Below, one piece after another: positions 1 through 16,678 of a stretch of DNA of 64,000 bases. Position numbers and translations under genes: made by a program. This DNA comes from the human T2T-CHM13v2.0 reference genome, Homo sapiens. The stretch's first letter is position 1, and each line of letters begins with the position of its first letter. The stretch lies in NCBI RefSeq assembly GCF_009914755.1, contig NC_060943.1; one strand, 5' to 3'. Under the pieces are notes generated by a model. The model was given only the letters and a program-made list of their open reading frames with translations. It did not search any database and was not told the DNA's origin.

Positions 1-193
1 GCAACAGGAGCAACAGGGCTGCCCGGGTGCTCCTGAGCTCCTGAGATTTCAACGGGCTCAGGGACCAGCACTGAGGAGCTGCCTCCACCCCGTGCCTCCG
101 AGCCAACTGGAAACCACTCCAGATAGAAGGTCTCTCACCAGGCCCTCGGCTCTGCCTCTGCCCGAGCCCAGCCCCAGCACCCGCGCGCCTCAC

Positions 194-1947
194 CTGCCGG
201 GCCAGCCGGCCTCTGTCCTCCGTCTTGACGCTGGTGGACTCGTTGAAGATCCGCAGGCACTCCTCCATGGGGTCGGAGTCAAAGTCCACCTCCTTCTCCA
301 GGGCCGAGTAGTCCACATCCGCCCCCGCGCTGGAGGTGGAGGAGGAGGAGGAGGAGGAGGAGGATGGGGCGGGGGAGGGGGGCGGGGAGGCCTTGAGCCG
401 CTTGGGCGGCCCCTGCGCCTCCGGGAAGCCCAGGCTGGAGTCTGAGTCGGAGTCTGAGTCCGAGCTGAGGCTGGGGAGGGCAGAGGGCCACACGCTCGGC
501 ACCCCTGGCCCTGCGGCCTCGTCCTCACTCTCGTCCCCAAAGAGGTCGGCGTGGCTCAGGGCCCGCTTCTTCAGCTTGGGGGCGTCCTGGGAGGCGCCCT
601 CGTCTAGTGAGCGGGCTTTCCGCTCCACTAGCTTCCCCGACGGGGCCTTGGTGCTCTTCCTGTCGGGCAGCTGGAGGGGGCGGGGTGGGCCTCTGCCGGC
701 CGCCGGTCGGGAGTCCCCGCTTGTGGGGCTCGGCCGCCGCGCTGGCCGGTCAGGCCTCCCTTTCCCTGAGGTGGCCACAGGAGTGGCCGAAGATGGCTTC
801 TTCTTGGTCCCTTCCGGCCGCTCTGCCTTGCGCCGGGGGCTGCTGGCCTGCGGGCCCTTCTTGTCCGCACGGGGCTTCTCCACAGGCCGCCCTCGGCCCT
901 TGTCCTTGGTCTTGTCCTTCCCCTGGGCCCCGTCTTTGCAGCTGGGGGCAGGTGGGGCCCCGGTTTTTTTCTTCTTGGGTTTTCCCTCCTTGGGGCAGCC
1001 CCCATCCTGTGAGGACTGGACCTGGGCTGGGGAGGCGGGCTTGGCTGGGGGCGGCTGGAGGTCCCCCACGTCGCACTGCACGGCCGTCTCCTTGGTCTCC
1101 CGCAGGCCGCCCCCCTCGGCCTCCAGGCCCTCTTTGGAGGGTGGCTGCCCGGTGGCCTTGATCTCAGGGTCGGCCCTGGCTTTGGGGGTGCTGGCCGTGG
1201 TGGGCTCGTTACCTGGGACCGTGGCGGCCTCATCTTCTGAGTCTGAGAACCTTGCATCGCAACTGCCAAAGGGGTCACAGAGCTTCTTGGGAGCAGGTGT
1301 GTAGGGCTCACTGCCGCGGGAGCCCCGGGGCCGCTTGGCGGCCCGCTCATCCCGGGAGCTGGCCCTGCTGAGGTGCCGGGCCGAGTAGTTGGAGAGAGGG
1401 TCATACTCCAGGTCTGTGGGTGGCCTGGAGTTGTCCACCACGTACTTGCCACTGGGAACGGGGCGGCTGTGCCGCCGGGGCTGGCTCACAGCCTTGGGGA
1501 CGTATTCCAGGGCACCGCCACCCCCTCCACCTCTGCCCTGACCCCTGTCCAGGGACGCCAGCGAGTACTTGCTGCCCGGCTCGGCAGGGGCGGCCAGTGG
1601 GGTGGGCTGGTAGCCGGCATCAGGGCTTAATAGGCCGTGGCTGCCGGGGCTGTAGTCGAAGGCCAGTGGGAAGGCATCCTCGTCCGGGCCCACAGTGGGG
1701 CTGGCGTTGGGGCCGCGGGGCGCCAGGGCGGGGGCCTCGGCGGAGCGGTGCTCACGGGTCGTCTCCAGCAGCTCCCGGTAGCGCCGCTGCTCCAGCTCCA
1801 CCTCACTGCGCACGGCCTCGATGGCCTGGTTGACCAGCTCCAACTCCAGCACATCCGGGCGCGGCTCCTCCCCCAGGCCCAGGGTGCCATTCTCCCTCTG
1901 CGCGGGGGGCTTGGGCAGCTCAGGGTTGTAGGGGTCGTAACCCAGCC
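194..1947 (-). CDS. REXO1: REXO1 (RNA exonuclease 1 homolog / Elongin A-binding protein 1) coding exon 2, 1754 nt, largely disordered; gene continues beyond the left edge
   Basis: Acceptor ttcccttCAG|GG at 1948/1947 and donor CAG|GTGAGG at 194/193. Phase matches exon 1 (157+1754=1911 nt = 637 codons). Translates (G)[20 protein letters not shown]...[36 protein letters not shown], recognised as REXO1. Confidence 0.95.
338..364 (-). repeat. (TCC)9 coding trinucleotide repeat, poly-Ser tract in REXO1
   Basis: Nine uninterrupted GGA units on the + strand, read in frame as Ser9. Confidence 0.9.
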
Positions 1948-2565
1948 CTGAAGGGAACAGAGAGCACAGCTGTGACCAGCCTGCCGGAGAGGAGCCCGCA
2001 GCATGGGGGCGGCCCCGGTCTCAAACTGCAGGGAAGGGAAGAGACCTGCCTCCGAAACCCACCACGCACTGGCGCCCGCCAAGGCTCTGGGGTGCCCAGC
2101 TGGGTACAGGCCATGGCGCCATCTCAGGCCCTGTGCCGGGCCCCGCCTTGCCCTGACCAATGGGCGCTGGATGGGCCTGGGCTGCGTGACACACAGCTCC
2201 CTGGGTACTGGAGGCTCCCTCACACGGCTCATGAAATGCGCACAATGACCATGGTGGGGTGGACACTCGACAGGCTGGAACTCCCCGGGGCAGGCGGGTG
2301 TGGAGCTCCCAGCATTCAGGGTGCCGGGCTGAGGCAGGACTGGGCTGGGCCGACAACCACAGCCTGACGGTGGACACAGGAGAGCCCTTCCTCAGCCAAC
2401 ACGGCCCCACCCAGCCAGCAGTGTGCCCGCGGTGTGGCGGAGGTGTGCCAGCAGTGTGCCAGCGGTGGTGTGGTGGCGGTGTGCCTGCGGTGATGTGGCT
2501 GAGCAGGGCCGGGGGATGGGGACATGCCCAGTTGATGGGCCACCCTGCAAAATCCACAGGAAGAT

Positions 2566-3843
<1,278 letters not shown>

Positions 3844-4710
3844 TTCCACTGAATGTAATTCCGTAACATCTCTAAAGGTCTCTAAAGGTCAACAGGTCTG
3901 ATCCTCTGGAGTTGGCAGGAAATGGCGCCAAAGACGTCTGCGTCCTAATTCCTGGAACCTGTAGATGGTATATCCCCTTAGATGGCAAATGGGGCTCTAG
4001 ATGGGGTGAAATCTCCCTTGCCCGTCACTGAGGGGGCCATGGACAGGCCGAGATCTTGCAGAGCAGTTTCGCAACCATCCCATGCAGCTTCAACACCACC
4101 ACCTTCAGACTCGGAATCCTCAGAACCCGTGCCACAGACAGACCGCACAGGGCAGGTACAGATGCGTCTGGTGCAGCCTTCACTGCAAAAACACAACAAT
4201 AAATAACGCAGGAGATGACCTAGAAGCCGAAACGCAGGTCACCTGTGGTTAAGGGGGAGGCGTGCGCCCTGGAGGGACCTCCAAGTCACACTGCTATGGG
4301 GAAGAAGAGGGGCAAGGAATGTTGCACACTCTCACCTTTGAAAAGCAGCTCCACAAACCCAGTGAGATCAGATTCCAACAAAGGCGCACGGGCCCACACC
4401 AAGCCCGCAGTCCCATGGGGTACAGCAAATGCAATCTGGCCTTCATTTATGCTGCACCCAACACCAACTGCCCAAGAGGGACGTGAATGCTGACACACAT
4501 CCCCGACAGGCTGATAAGGAGCTGTGACACCATGTAGCAAAAGGCAACAGCCCCATGGGAACCTGCCCGCACCAAGACGCCACTTGGCTCTGACTTGATT
4601 CTGACTGAACGTGCAGCTTGTCTGAAGGTCGGGCCTCAGGTGTGTTTCTTCCACTCAGAAAACCTGCCTGCCCTTCGGCCCACCTGGAGATCGACCCCCA
4701 CAGCGTGCTA

Positions 4711-5665
<955 letters not shown>

Positions 5666-5898
5666 GGGACGAATGCAGCCTCACCGGGTGATGAAAGTGC
5701 AGTGGAAAACAGCTGCCCGCTGCCTGTACCTGCGAAGGCGGAAGGCCCCTCCTGTTCCCGGGAACCCTGCAGGGACAGCGGGAGGCCGGGACCCGGAGGC
5801 TGCAGAGGAGGTGGGAGGAGGCCTGGTCACGGGCAGCTGCCGCCTTTCCCTTGAAATCACAGCAGTGTTGTGCCCATCTTTAAAATTACATTTAGGGA

Positions 5899-6555
<657 letters not shown>

Positions 6556-7739
6556 AAGTAGCATTTAGACAAGAGGAAGGATCCGTGTGTCTGTTTTGGA
6601 CCACTCGGAACTCCGCGGGACTGTGTGGAGGGCCACGAGGTACGGGCAGGCAGGGGAACATCACACAGAAGCCACAGGTTCTTCTTTGCCTGTGCCAGGC
6701 TACAGCCAAGGCATTTCCAGGAAACGTCACCCCATGTGCCCAGCAGGCGCAGAGGGGCCCATTCTGGCACCATCTCACAGCCAAGGACCCTGGGAGTCAG
6801 CGAGGGCACCCAACTAGGATCAGCAACTGTGGCTGCCAGTTCCTCTGTGCGGGGAGGGACAGCTGCCAGGCCAGGAGGATGCTCCCGGCAGGGAAACGGC
6901 CGGCTGGGGCTGGGTGTCAGCCCCCACCCAGGGGGAGGGCTGCGGAGGCCAGCAGCAGCTCAAGGGCGCCCTCCCGGCCCACTTCACTGGGGGAGGCTCC
7001 GGCTCCTCCCTGACCCAGCCGGCTGCAGAGCACGCCACCCTGCCACCCGCCTGGTGAACAGGGCAACTAGTGCCAGCCCTCCCCCAGCCCCGGAAGCCCG
7101 GCTGCCCAGTGACGTGGAGGGGCCAGGCCAAGGCCACTGTGGCGTGAGCTGCAGAGATTCATGAAGGGGAGGTGACAGAGCACAATTACTGAGGAGGAGC
7201 AAGGCCAGGTCAGGGAGACACTGGTCTCCCCTCCCAAGGCTCCAGCTAACGGGGATGCAGAGAGGAGGAAGAGCCCGCCTAACGGGAAGGCTCTCCTCCC
7301 CAGGCAGGGGTGGGCAGCAGTGAGACTGGGCCCCAGGAGGGCAGGCGGGGGTGGAGGGGACTGAGGCATCTCTAAGGGGCTAAGGATAAGGGACTCCACT
7401 CAGGGGCTTCCACCTCCTTGTCCTGGACCCCAGGGCTCTAAGACACAGCCTGCAAGATCAACCCAGCCCAGGGGAGCCAAGAGTCACAGGCAATACACAC
7501 ACCAGCCAGCAGACACCCGCGAGCCCTTCCCAAAGGAAGGAAATTCAGACCTCTGGACATTGTGGACTCTGAAAGGAGAGACCATTTCCCCAAAAGGTGC
7601 TTTTGGAAGGTCTTGGAAGGAATAGCACCTGCCTCCCAGGAGTGGAGCCAGGCCCCCAAGCAGAGCGCAGGACAGGTGATAAGGGTCCAATCTGGGGGAC
7701 GTGGGCTTGTCTTTCTAACTGGAAGCCTGTGTGAGTACT

Positions 7740-8000
7740 TGTTTTGTTGTTTTGTGGAGACAGGCATTGCCCAGGCTGGAGTGCAGTGGTACCATGATGG
7801 CTCGCTGAAGCTTTGCCTCCCCGGCTCCAGCGATCCTCCCGCCTCAGCCTCGCAAGTAGCTGGGACCACCTGCGTGCACCACCACATCCAGCTAATTCTT
7901 TTCTTTTTTTGGTAGAGACGGGGGTCTCGCTGTAATTGCCCAGGCTGGTCTCAAACTTCTAAGCTCAAGCGGTCTTCTCGCCTCGGCCTCCCAAAGCACT
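7740..8000 (-). mobile_element. AluJ-like element
   Basis: Reverse Alu consensus (gcccaggctggagtgcagtgg...cctcggcctcccaaag). Confidence 0.85.
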
Positions 8001-8576
8001 GCTTGTCTTTTAAGGGCTGTGAAACCTGCCCCAGCCTTTAGCCAACAGATGGGAAAGAGCAGGGGCACCTGGAGGCCGGAGGGCACACTCTGCAGAGGGG
8101 GTTTCAGCATTTTCACTCCCGGGTGGAGGCTGCTACCACCTCCACAAAGACTGCACCAAAAAGAAAGCAGGCATGCTAGGCGGGTCCGAGAAGACTGAGA
8201 TCAGGATCTGCACCACGGCCTCTCCTCCCTGTGGTCACTGGGCTCCCCCACCCTGCAGCCTGTGACCCACTGGTGCTGGAAGGCAGCATCCTGGCCTGGG
8301 CGCTCCAGCCAGGTCTGGAAGTTTCACACAGGAAGTTGCCTGGGGCTCGGCCATGGCTGCCTGCAGCTCAGAACAGGGGGTACGGCGTGCTGAGCCCCTG
8401 AAAGGTCACCTGAAGCTGGTACACACCACTGCCTCCCTGGACCTCCCTGTCCCACCATGCCTCAGAGGGTTGGATCTGGGTACCTGTCAGGACTGGAAAG
8501 GCCCCAGGGTGGCATGTGCATGCTGCTAGGTGCCCTGGGAGCCCACCCAGGGGGTCACATCTAAAGGCCGAGTTTG

Positions 8577-8957
<381 letters not shown>

Positions 8958-9762
8958 TTACTTTGGATAGGAGCAGGTGGGCTCCTTCCTGGATGTGGCC
9001 CAGGTCAGTCTGTTTCTGGGAAACATGGTGAATTGGCTGACAGGAAAAGCCTACCTCCAGAGGCCTGGGAGCTGCCCCTTCCTCCCTGCTTCACCCCAAG
9101 GCCAGGACTGGGAGGTACCACCCAGCCCCAGTGGTCCTGAGAGGCCACAACGCCTGGCTGGCTATCTTCCCCAGCCTCTCCAGCCAGGGCTCAGCCCAGG
9201 GCAACGCAGCCCAGCCTTGTCCCGGCCTAGGAGAGAGCCCACTCCCTACACCACCCATCCTGACCGCATCTCCTGAGACCAGTGCCCTGCAGCCCCGGGA
9301 CGGGCTGGATGACAAAGATGATATTTCTTCCCAGGGTTCTAGGTGTGGGGCCTGGGACCAGCACTATCTGCCCAAGGCCATCTCCTGGCCCCCAAACCTT
9401 CCCTTGGCCCAGAAACCCCTCACCCTGGGCATCCACTCTCCTCTCTGCTCCCACTGCCCCCGCCCCACCACACTCAATCCACCCACACAGCTGTCCTGTC
9501 CCCAGCAATGGGGAGAACCTGGCATGAGCTCCAACCCCACACGGAGACTGAAAGGCAGCAAAAATGACAAGATCATGGAGCACGAAGATCCCAACCTGAA
9601 CTTCCAGAACGTTCTCTAGTGAGACCCGTCCAAACTCCTGTCTTCTCTCAGTCAGCCCATTTCAAAGATGAGGACACCCAGTGCCAGCGAGAGCCGGCAG
9701 CTCCTAGCCCCACAAGGAGCCCCAGGCCCCTCCCACCCAGACGGGGAGACTCAGTGGCTCTA

Positions 9763-10083
<321 letters not shown>

Positions 10084-11340
10084 AACCCGGCAGGCCCAGC
10101 CCCTGCTCCGGACACCGTTCGGTGGGCCCGCAGGGCTCTCAACGCAACCAGGCATCAGCAGGACTGGCCCCTCCAGCCCAGGCAGTGGGCCCCGCATGCT
10201 GGCCCAGAACAGGCCAGGCAGAGACCCCAGATGGAAACAGACAGTCCCTCCCGCCTGGGGCTTAGCTGGACAAAAAAGATAAGCCTGACACTGCGGCATG
10301 AGATAAGCAAGACTACCCCCAACCTAGCCCCTGGGGGAGCCATCTGGGCGGCCTGAGGCTTTGAAGGTGGAGACAGAAGAGGACATTCCCAAAACAGCCA
10401 CAGCGGCAGAGAAGGCACGGGGCTGACCCTCGCGAAGCGCAAGGCAGGGGCTGGTTGTGTCCACGGGAGCGCCCATCCCATAACAGACCCTCTGGGAAGA
10501 GGGGTCTGGAGGACAGCACCCCTGAAGTCCACCTCCTGCGGACGGCAGAGTAACCATAAGGTCCCCACAAATGGCCATACGTCCACTCTGGGGGTCCCTG
10601 CTCCTGGGGCCTCCCCTCCAACCCTCACAGTGGGACGTCCTCCAGCCCCATCCTTGGACATGCGGGCGCCCGGGGCCCTCCATGCACAGCCCACTGGACA
10701 GATAGGAACCCGCTGCTCAGAGGCAAAGGGACCAGCACTCTGCACCCAGAGGAGGTCCCACAGCTCCTAGACCACACGGGGCAGAAACAGGGTCACCTGG
10801 AGAGGGCTTCGAGGAAAAGTCCAGCCAGTGCCGGGGGCCTGGACCTCCACCACCCAGCAGCTTCCAATACCCTCTCTGAAATCCAAGGTGGCCCAGCTCT
10901 GCCCCACCCCCCACACCAGACTCCACCCAGGTCTCAGAGCTTGCTGTGGAGGCTGGGCTGTGCCTGCAGCAGCGGCACCTGGGGTCTACCCCACTGCCCC
11001 CAGGGTTCTCCTCGACCCCCAGGGCTGCGATCCGAGCCTCCCCTCTGCTCCAAGGCACCGCCCTCCCCACCTCGACAGCGCAGTGTGCAGTGCCAGGACC
11101 GCCCAGCAGGTGGAGCCACACGGCAGGGTCCAGGGGAGAAAAAGAAAAAGGTCCCGGCCTGACCGGGGACCACCAGCTCTGCTCTCTGGGGCGTCCTGGG
11201 CATTTATTCACCTCATGGGGCGGCCGTCCCCACATGCCATGACTGGACGCGCTGCTGTCCCAAGGCTTACAGCTCGAGGCTAGGGGACAGGGACGGTAAC
11301 CAGGACAGAGGTCACTGCCTTTCAAAACAATGTAGAAACA

Positions 11341-12585
<1,245 letters not shown>

Positions 12586-15243
12586 GAGTCCAGCTCTCAG
12601 CTCCTCCTCATCCCAGGGCCTTTTCTGTCCCCAAAGGACATTTCCCAGTGGGTGTTTCTGGGACTCCTGTGCTCCCCGTCAGGCACAGAGGACTAAAAGC
12701 ATCCAGGAGCCCTGCAGCCTCTTCCAGGGGCTCACAGAGAAGCTGGAGTGGGCACCTCCACGGGGCGCTGCCCCTCAGCCAGGGGTTCACAGGCTGTTCC
12801 TAGGATGGGTGCCGTGGCGCCTAAGGAGGAACCCACACACCAGGGTGACTGCAAGCACAAGCTGTTTTTGTTACTTGGTGACCTGTGTGCAGATGCTGGG
12901 GGGACGGGGTGCTGGCTGGCAATGTGGGCCGACCCCGGCCCCATCATTCATTCCTCCAGCACATGTTCTCTGAATACCTGCCCAGGACCTCAGAGAGGGC
13001 ACGCAGCCTGCAGGGCACAAAGGGCAGGGCCCTCCCTCTCTGTCTCATCCACTTCCCCAAAGTCCACTTCCTCCAGGCAGCCCTCCGAAGTCCTCCCTGC
13101 AGAAGCAGCAGTGCCTGGCATAGTGCCTGGGATACAGAGGTGGAAGGCATGGTGGAGCCCTCACCTCACTCCACCTCCTCGGCCGTGGTGCACGGGGCGG
13201 TGGCCAACTCAGGACTGCGCAGGCCCACTTCCATGGCTTCCAGATCCTGTCTCCCTAGGGCCTGCTCCTGAGGCAGTGCTGGCTCCCTTTTGGTCTCTGA
13301 GGGCCTCTGAGCCACTGTGAGAGGAGGAGGGAGGGGTCTCAGAAAAATGGACTGTGACCCGTGACCGTTAACAGGGTGGGGATGGACCTGTCGCCAGGAC
13401 AAATGGACAGGCTGGGAAGCCACAGGGCGGGGATACGCCTGGAGTGCACGCCAGGCCCACACCCCCAAGCACACGCTCTCTGCCACCTTCCTGGCCCTGC
13501 CCCCTGCCAGGCTCTTCTGAGCACCCCAGCGTCGACGGAGCTGGCCCAGGGCAGGTGTCTGCAGAGATCTGAGGAAGGAAGGAAAGTGGGAAGGGGAAGG
13601 AAACACTGACCCAGAGGCACGGGCCCCTCCACACCTGCAGCACACCGACTCTCCAGACATGAGTCTCTGTGGGAACAGGAAGAGACTCCAGAAAGCTGAG
13701 AATCGCAGACTGCCCAACCGCAGGAGCGCTCCCAGGCTGGGGACAGATGAGACAGCATATCAACAGTGAGCCCCATCGGCGGCAAGCTCCCAAGCAGCCC
13801 CAAGCCCAGAGCAGGAGAACATCCCAGGCTTTCCTCGAGCTGTCTCCATCCCCAGAGCCCACAGCCCTAATCCCACTTCCAGCCACAGGCAAACTCCTAT
13901 TCATCCTCCAAAACCCAGCCCAGTAATCCTGTGTTTGGAAACACTCGCCCCACCCCCCTGCAACTCTGAGTGACACCCGGGCCCGCCCCACGTCACCCCT
14001 CCACTCCCTGCAACTCCAAGTGACAGCTGCCCTGTCTCCTGGACCCGGGCCCACCCCACATCACCCCCTCCGCTTCTGCTTCCCGAGTCCCCTCAGCCTG
14101 GCGCCACAGACACTGAGTCTAGATGGACCCAGACAGGGCCTTGGAGGGCACCAGGACCAGCTCCTGGCTTTACAGAGAACACTGAAGTCCTGTGGTGTGT
14201 GTGTCCAGGCTCAGCCCACAGCTCGTCCCGAGTCCTCCCCCAACCACTCCTTTCCTGAGGCCGGAAGCAGGGGCAGGTCCCAGAACCCCGGGCTCCAGGC
14301 ACGCAGCCTGTCATGGGACGGGAGGCGCTCCGTCCTCGCAGCCGTTCCCAAAAACCTCTCGGAGCCTAAGGGAGGGATCGCCCCGAAACAGCCAGTGCAC
14401 ATGCGGCTCCTCCAAGGGTCCCAGAGGACTTGGCTGTTAGAGGAGGAAGAGGAATGGCAACTCGAGAGGTCCCCGTGAGGCTCAGGGACCCCCAGGATTG
14501 CCCTGACAGTCTCCCTTCTACCCTGTTTATTTTCTTTTCAGGTTTTTGCTTTTTGTTCTGCAGCAGATCATACCAACAGAATCTACCCACTGCGCGGACA
14601 GCGTAAGGAACAAGCCACGGCCGGGCGCACCCAGCGCTCCCCGGAAACCTGCCTGCTCCTCTCTAGGGATTGCTTTGCAGAAGGGATTCTGAGGGTGGGG
14701 AGGAGGGCGGAGGAGGACAGAGTTTTCTCGTCAAAGTGAGGCCTGCTACAGCACAGCCCGCACGACGCTTCCCGTCACACTCAGATGCCACGACCCCATC
14801 GTGCAGAAGAGCTCGCAGAGGCCGAGGGAGGTTCAGGAGGCAACAGGCTCAAGGGGGTAACGCCCAGCAGGAGGAGGCCGGGGCCTTCCTAGCGAGCTCT
14901 GCCCCACAGAAAGCCAAGCAAGACGCCTTCATTCCGGGGTACGGTCTCCAGAGGGACAGAGGCCGGCCACTGGCACCTGAACCTCCAGTCTGCAGTCCCT
15001 GGAGGAGACGGTAAAGCTGCACAGGGCTCTGGGGGGAGCGCTCTGGGGAGCGGCTCAGGCACTGCAAGAGTCCCCGGAACCCCTCCCAGCAGGCACGCTT
15101 GTCCCCGCTGACCCCAGCCCCAGCGAGCTGCTCTGCCTCTCCCATCTCAGGCTCTGGGGGCAGGGACGGTGCTTCTCAGGGTCTCTGCCTCTCCCTACAG
15201 GCAGAGCGCCAGCTCAGCCATCCCTCTCGAAAACACAAAAACA

Positions 15244-15545
15244 GGCCCAGCACAGTGGCTCACGCTTGTAATCCCAGCACTTTGGGAGGCTGAGGCGGGT
15301 GGATCACTTGAGGCCAGGAGTTCGAGACCAGCCTGGCCAACATGGTGAAACCCCATCTCTACTAAAAATACAAAAATTAGCCAGGCGTGGTAGCAGGTGC
15401 CTGTAATCCCAGCTACCTGGGACACTGAGGCAGGAGAATCACTTGAATCCAGGAGGCGGAGGTTACAGGAAGCTAAGATGGAGCCACTGCACTCCAACAG
15501 CCTAGACGACAGAGCCAGATTCCGTTGCAAAAAAAAAAAAAAAAA
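15244..15545 (+). mobile_element. AluS-type element
   Basis: Alu consensus; gaaaacacaaaaaca occurs on both sides. Confidence 0.9.
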
Positions 15546-15609
15546 GCAGCAGCAGCAAAGAAAACACAAAAACAGCAGGCGGGGCCGCCAGACCGGCATC
15601 CTCATCCTC

Positions 15610-15795
15610 AGGACTACTGCCCCAAGCTAGATCTCTGTCTGTGGGGTTGTCCCCAGCACTGAAGGGTGCTGAGCAGTGCCCCTGGCCTCTGCCCTCTCTG
15701 TGCCTGCACCCCCAAACTGGCAACCAAAACATCTCCAGACATCTCCTAACATTCCCAAGGTGCAGAACCGCCCTGTCGGGATCAGTCACTGCTCT
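15610..15795 (-). mobile_element. MER20 (hAT-Charlie) DNA transposon remnant
   Basis: caaccaaaacatctccagacat is the reverse complement of the MER20 core atgtctggagacatttttggttg. Confidence 0.6.
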
Positions 15796-16434
15796 ACTGA
15801 AGACCTAAGCAAAGAATCCTAAAATATGAATACCAAAACCAGCCTCGACTGGCACGGCCCACGCCTGGAGGCAGCTCCGGGCCCAGCAGCCAGGTTTTCA
15901 AAGCTGCCCAGGCGCTCCGGAAGTCAGGTGAGGACCTCAGAACCTTGGGAAAAGCCCCCCCAGAAAAACAGAATCCAACCTCATCTGTGAGGCAGGGTCC
16001 CAGCCATGGCTCAAGCACAGCAAGCCCGGGACCTCTGGTGTGGAGTCTGGAGGAGGCCCGGCAAGCGGCCTGGTGCCGGACTCGGCAAAGGAAGCCACAC
16101 TTCTCCTCTGGCTCTTCCGTATTCTCTGATGTTTCTAAAACAAACATTTCCCCAGGCCAGAAAATAGTACCTTCAAAAGTAAAGCACCCAGAGACCCGTG
16201 GCAACACGGACAGGCCCCCAGGCCCTGGGAACCCAGCGCTTTTCCCATCGCCATCCACCTGGGGGAGAGCTGCCAGCACAATCCTGCCAGCATCTGCAAG
16301 AAGGCGGCTGCTCTGGAAACCCCAGGCCCCTTTCCTCTAACCCCCTCCACACAGGAACATCAAGAGTCACGGGGCAGCAGAGCCACCCACTCTGTGGTAG
16401 GAGTGTGGGGGAGGGCTCCTCCTCCTCGAGGCCA

Positions 16435-16678
16435 GGGCAAAGCTTCAACCCCCCGCCCGGAGGGTCCCAGCTCCCCGGGCCCAGAGCCGCAGCTGGGCGA
16501 AGCTTCAACCCCCAGCCCGGAGGGTCCCAGCTCCCCGGGCCCAGAGCCGCAGCTGGGCAAAGCTTCAACCCCCCGCCCGGAGGGTCCCAGCTCCCCAGGG
16601 CCCAGAGCCACAGCTGGGCAAAGCTTCAACCCCCCGCCCGGAGGGTCCCAGCTCCCCAGGGCCCAGAGCCGCAGCTGG
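16435..16678. repeat. Minisatellite of four 60-61-bp units in REXO1 intron 1
   Basis: Unit gggcaaagcttcaaccccccgcccggagggtcccagctcccc(a)gggcccagagccgcagct repeated four times with 1-2 differences. Confidence 0.95.

Noticed and set aside
336-1304. 322-aa plus-strand ORF with poly-Glu
   Set aside because: Codon-aligned antisense mirror of REXO1 exon 2; the poly-Glu is the reverse of the TCC repeat.
14585-14606. Possible REST/RE1 site (cggacagcg)
   Set aside because: Only the right half-site matches; the left half (tcagcacc) is absent.
16435-16678. Regular repeats resembling a CRISPR array or repeat protein
   Set aside because: Head-to-tail units with no unique spacers, in a human intron; the 61-bp units shift the reading frame.
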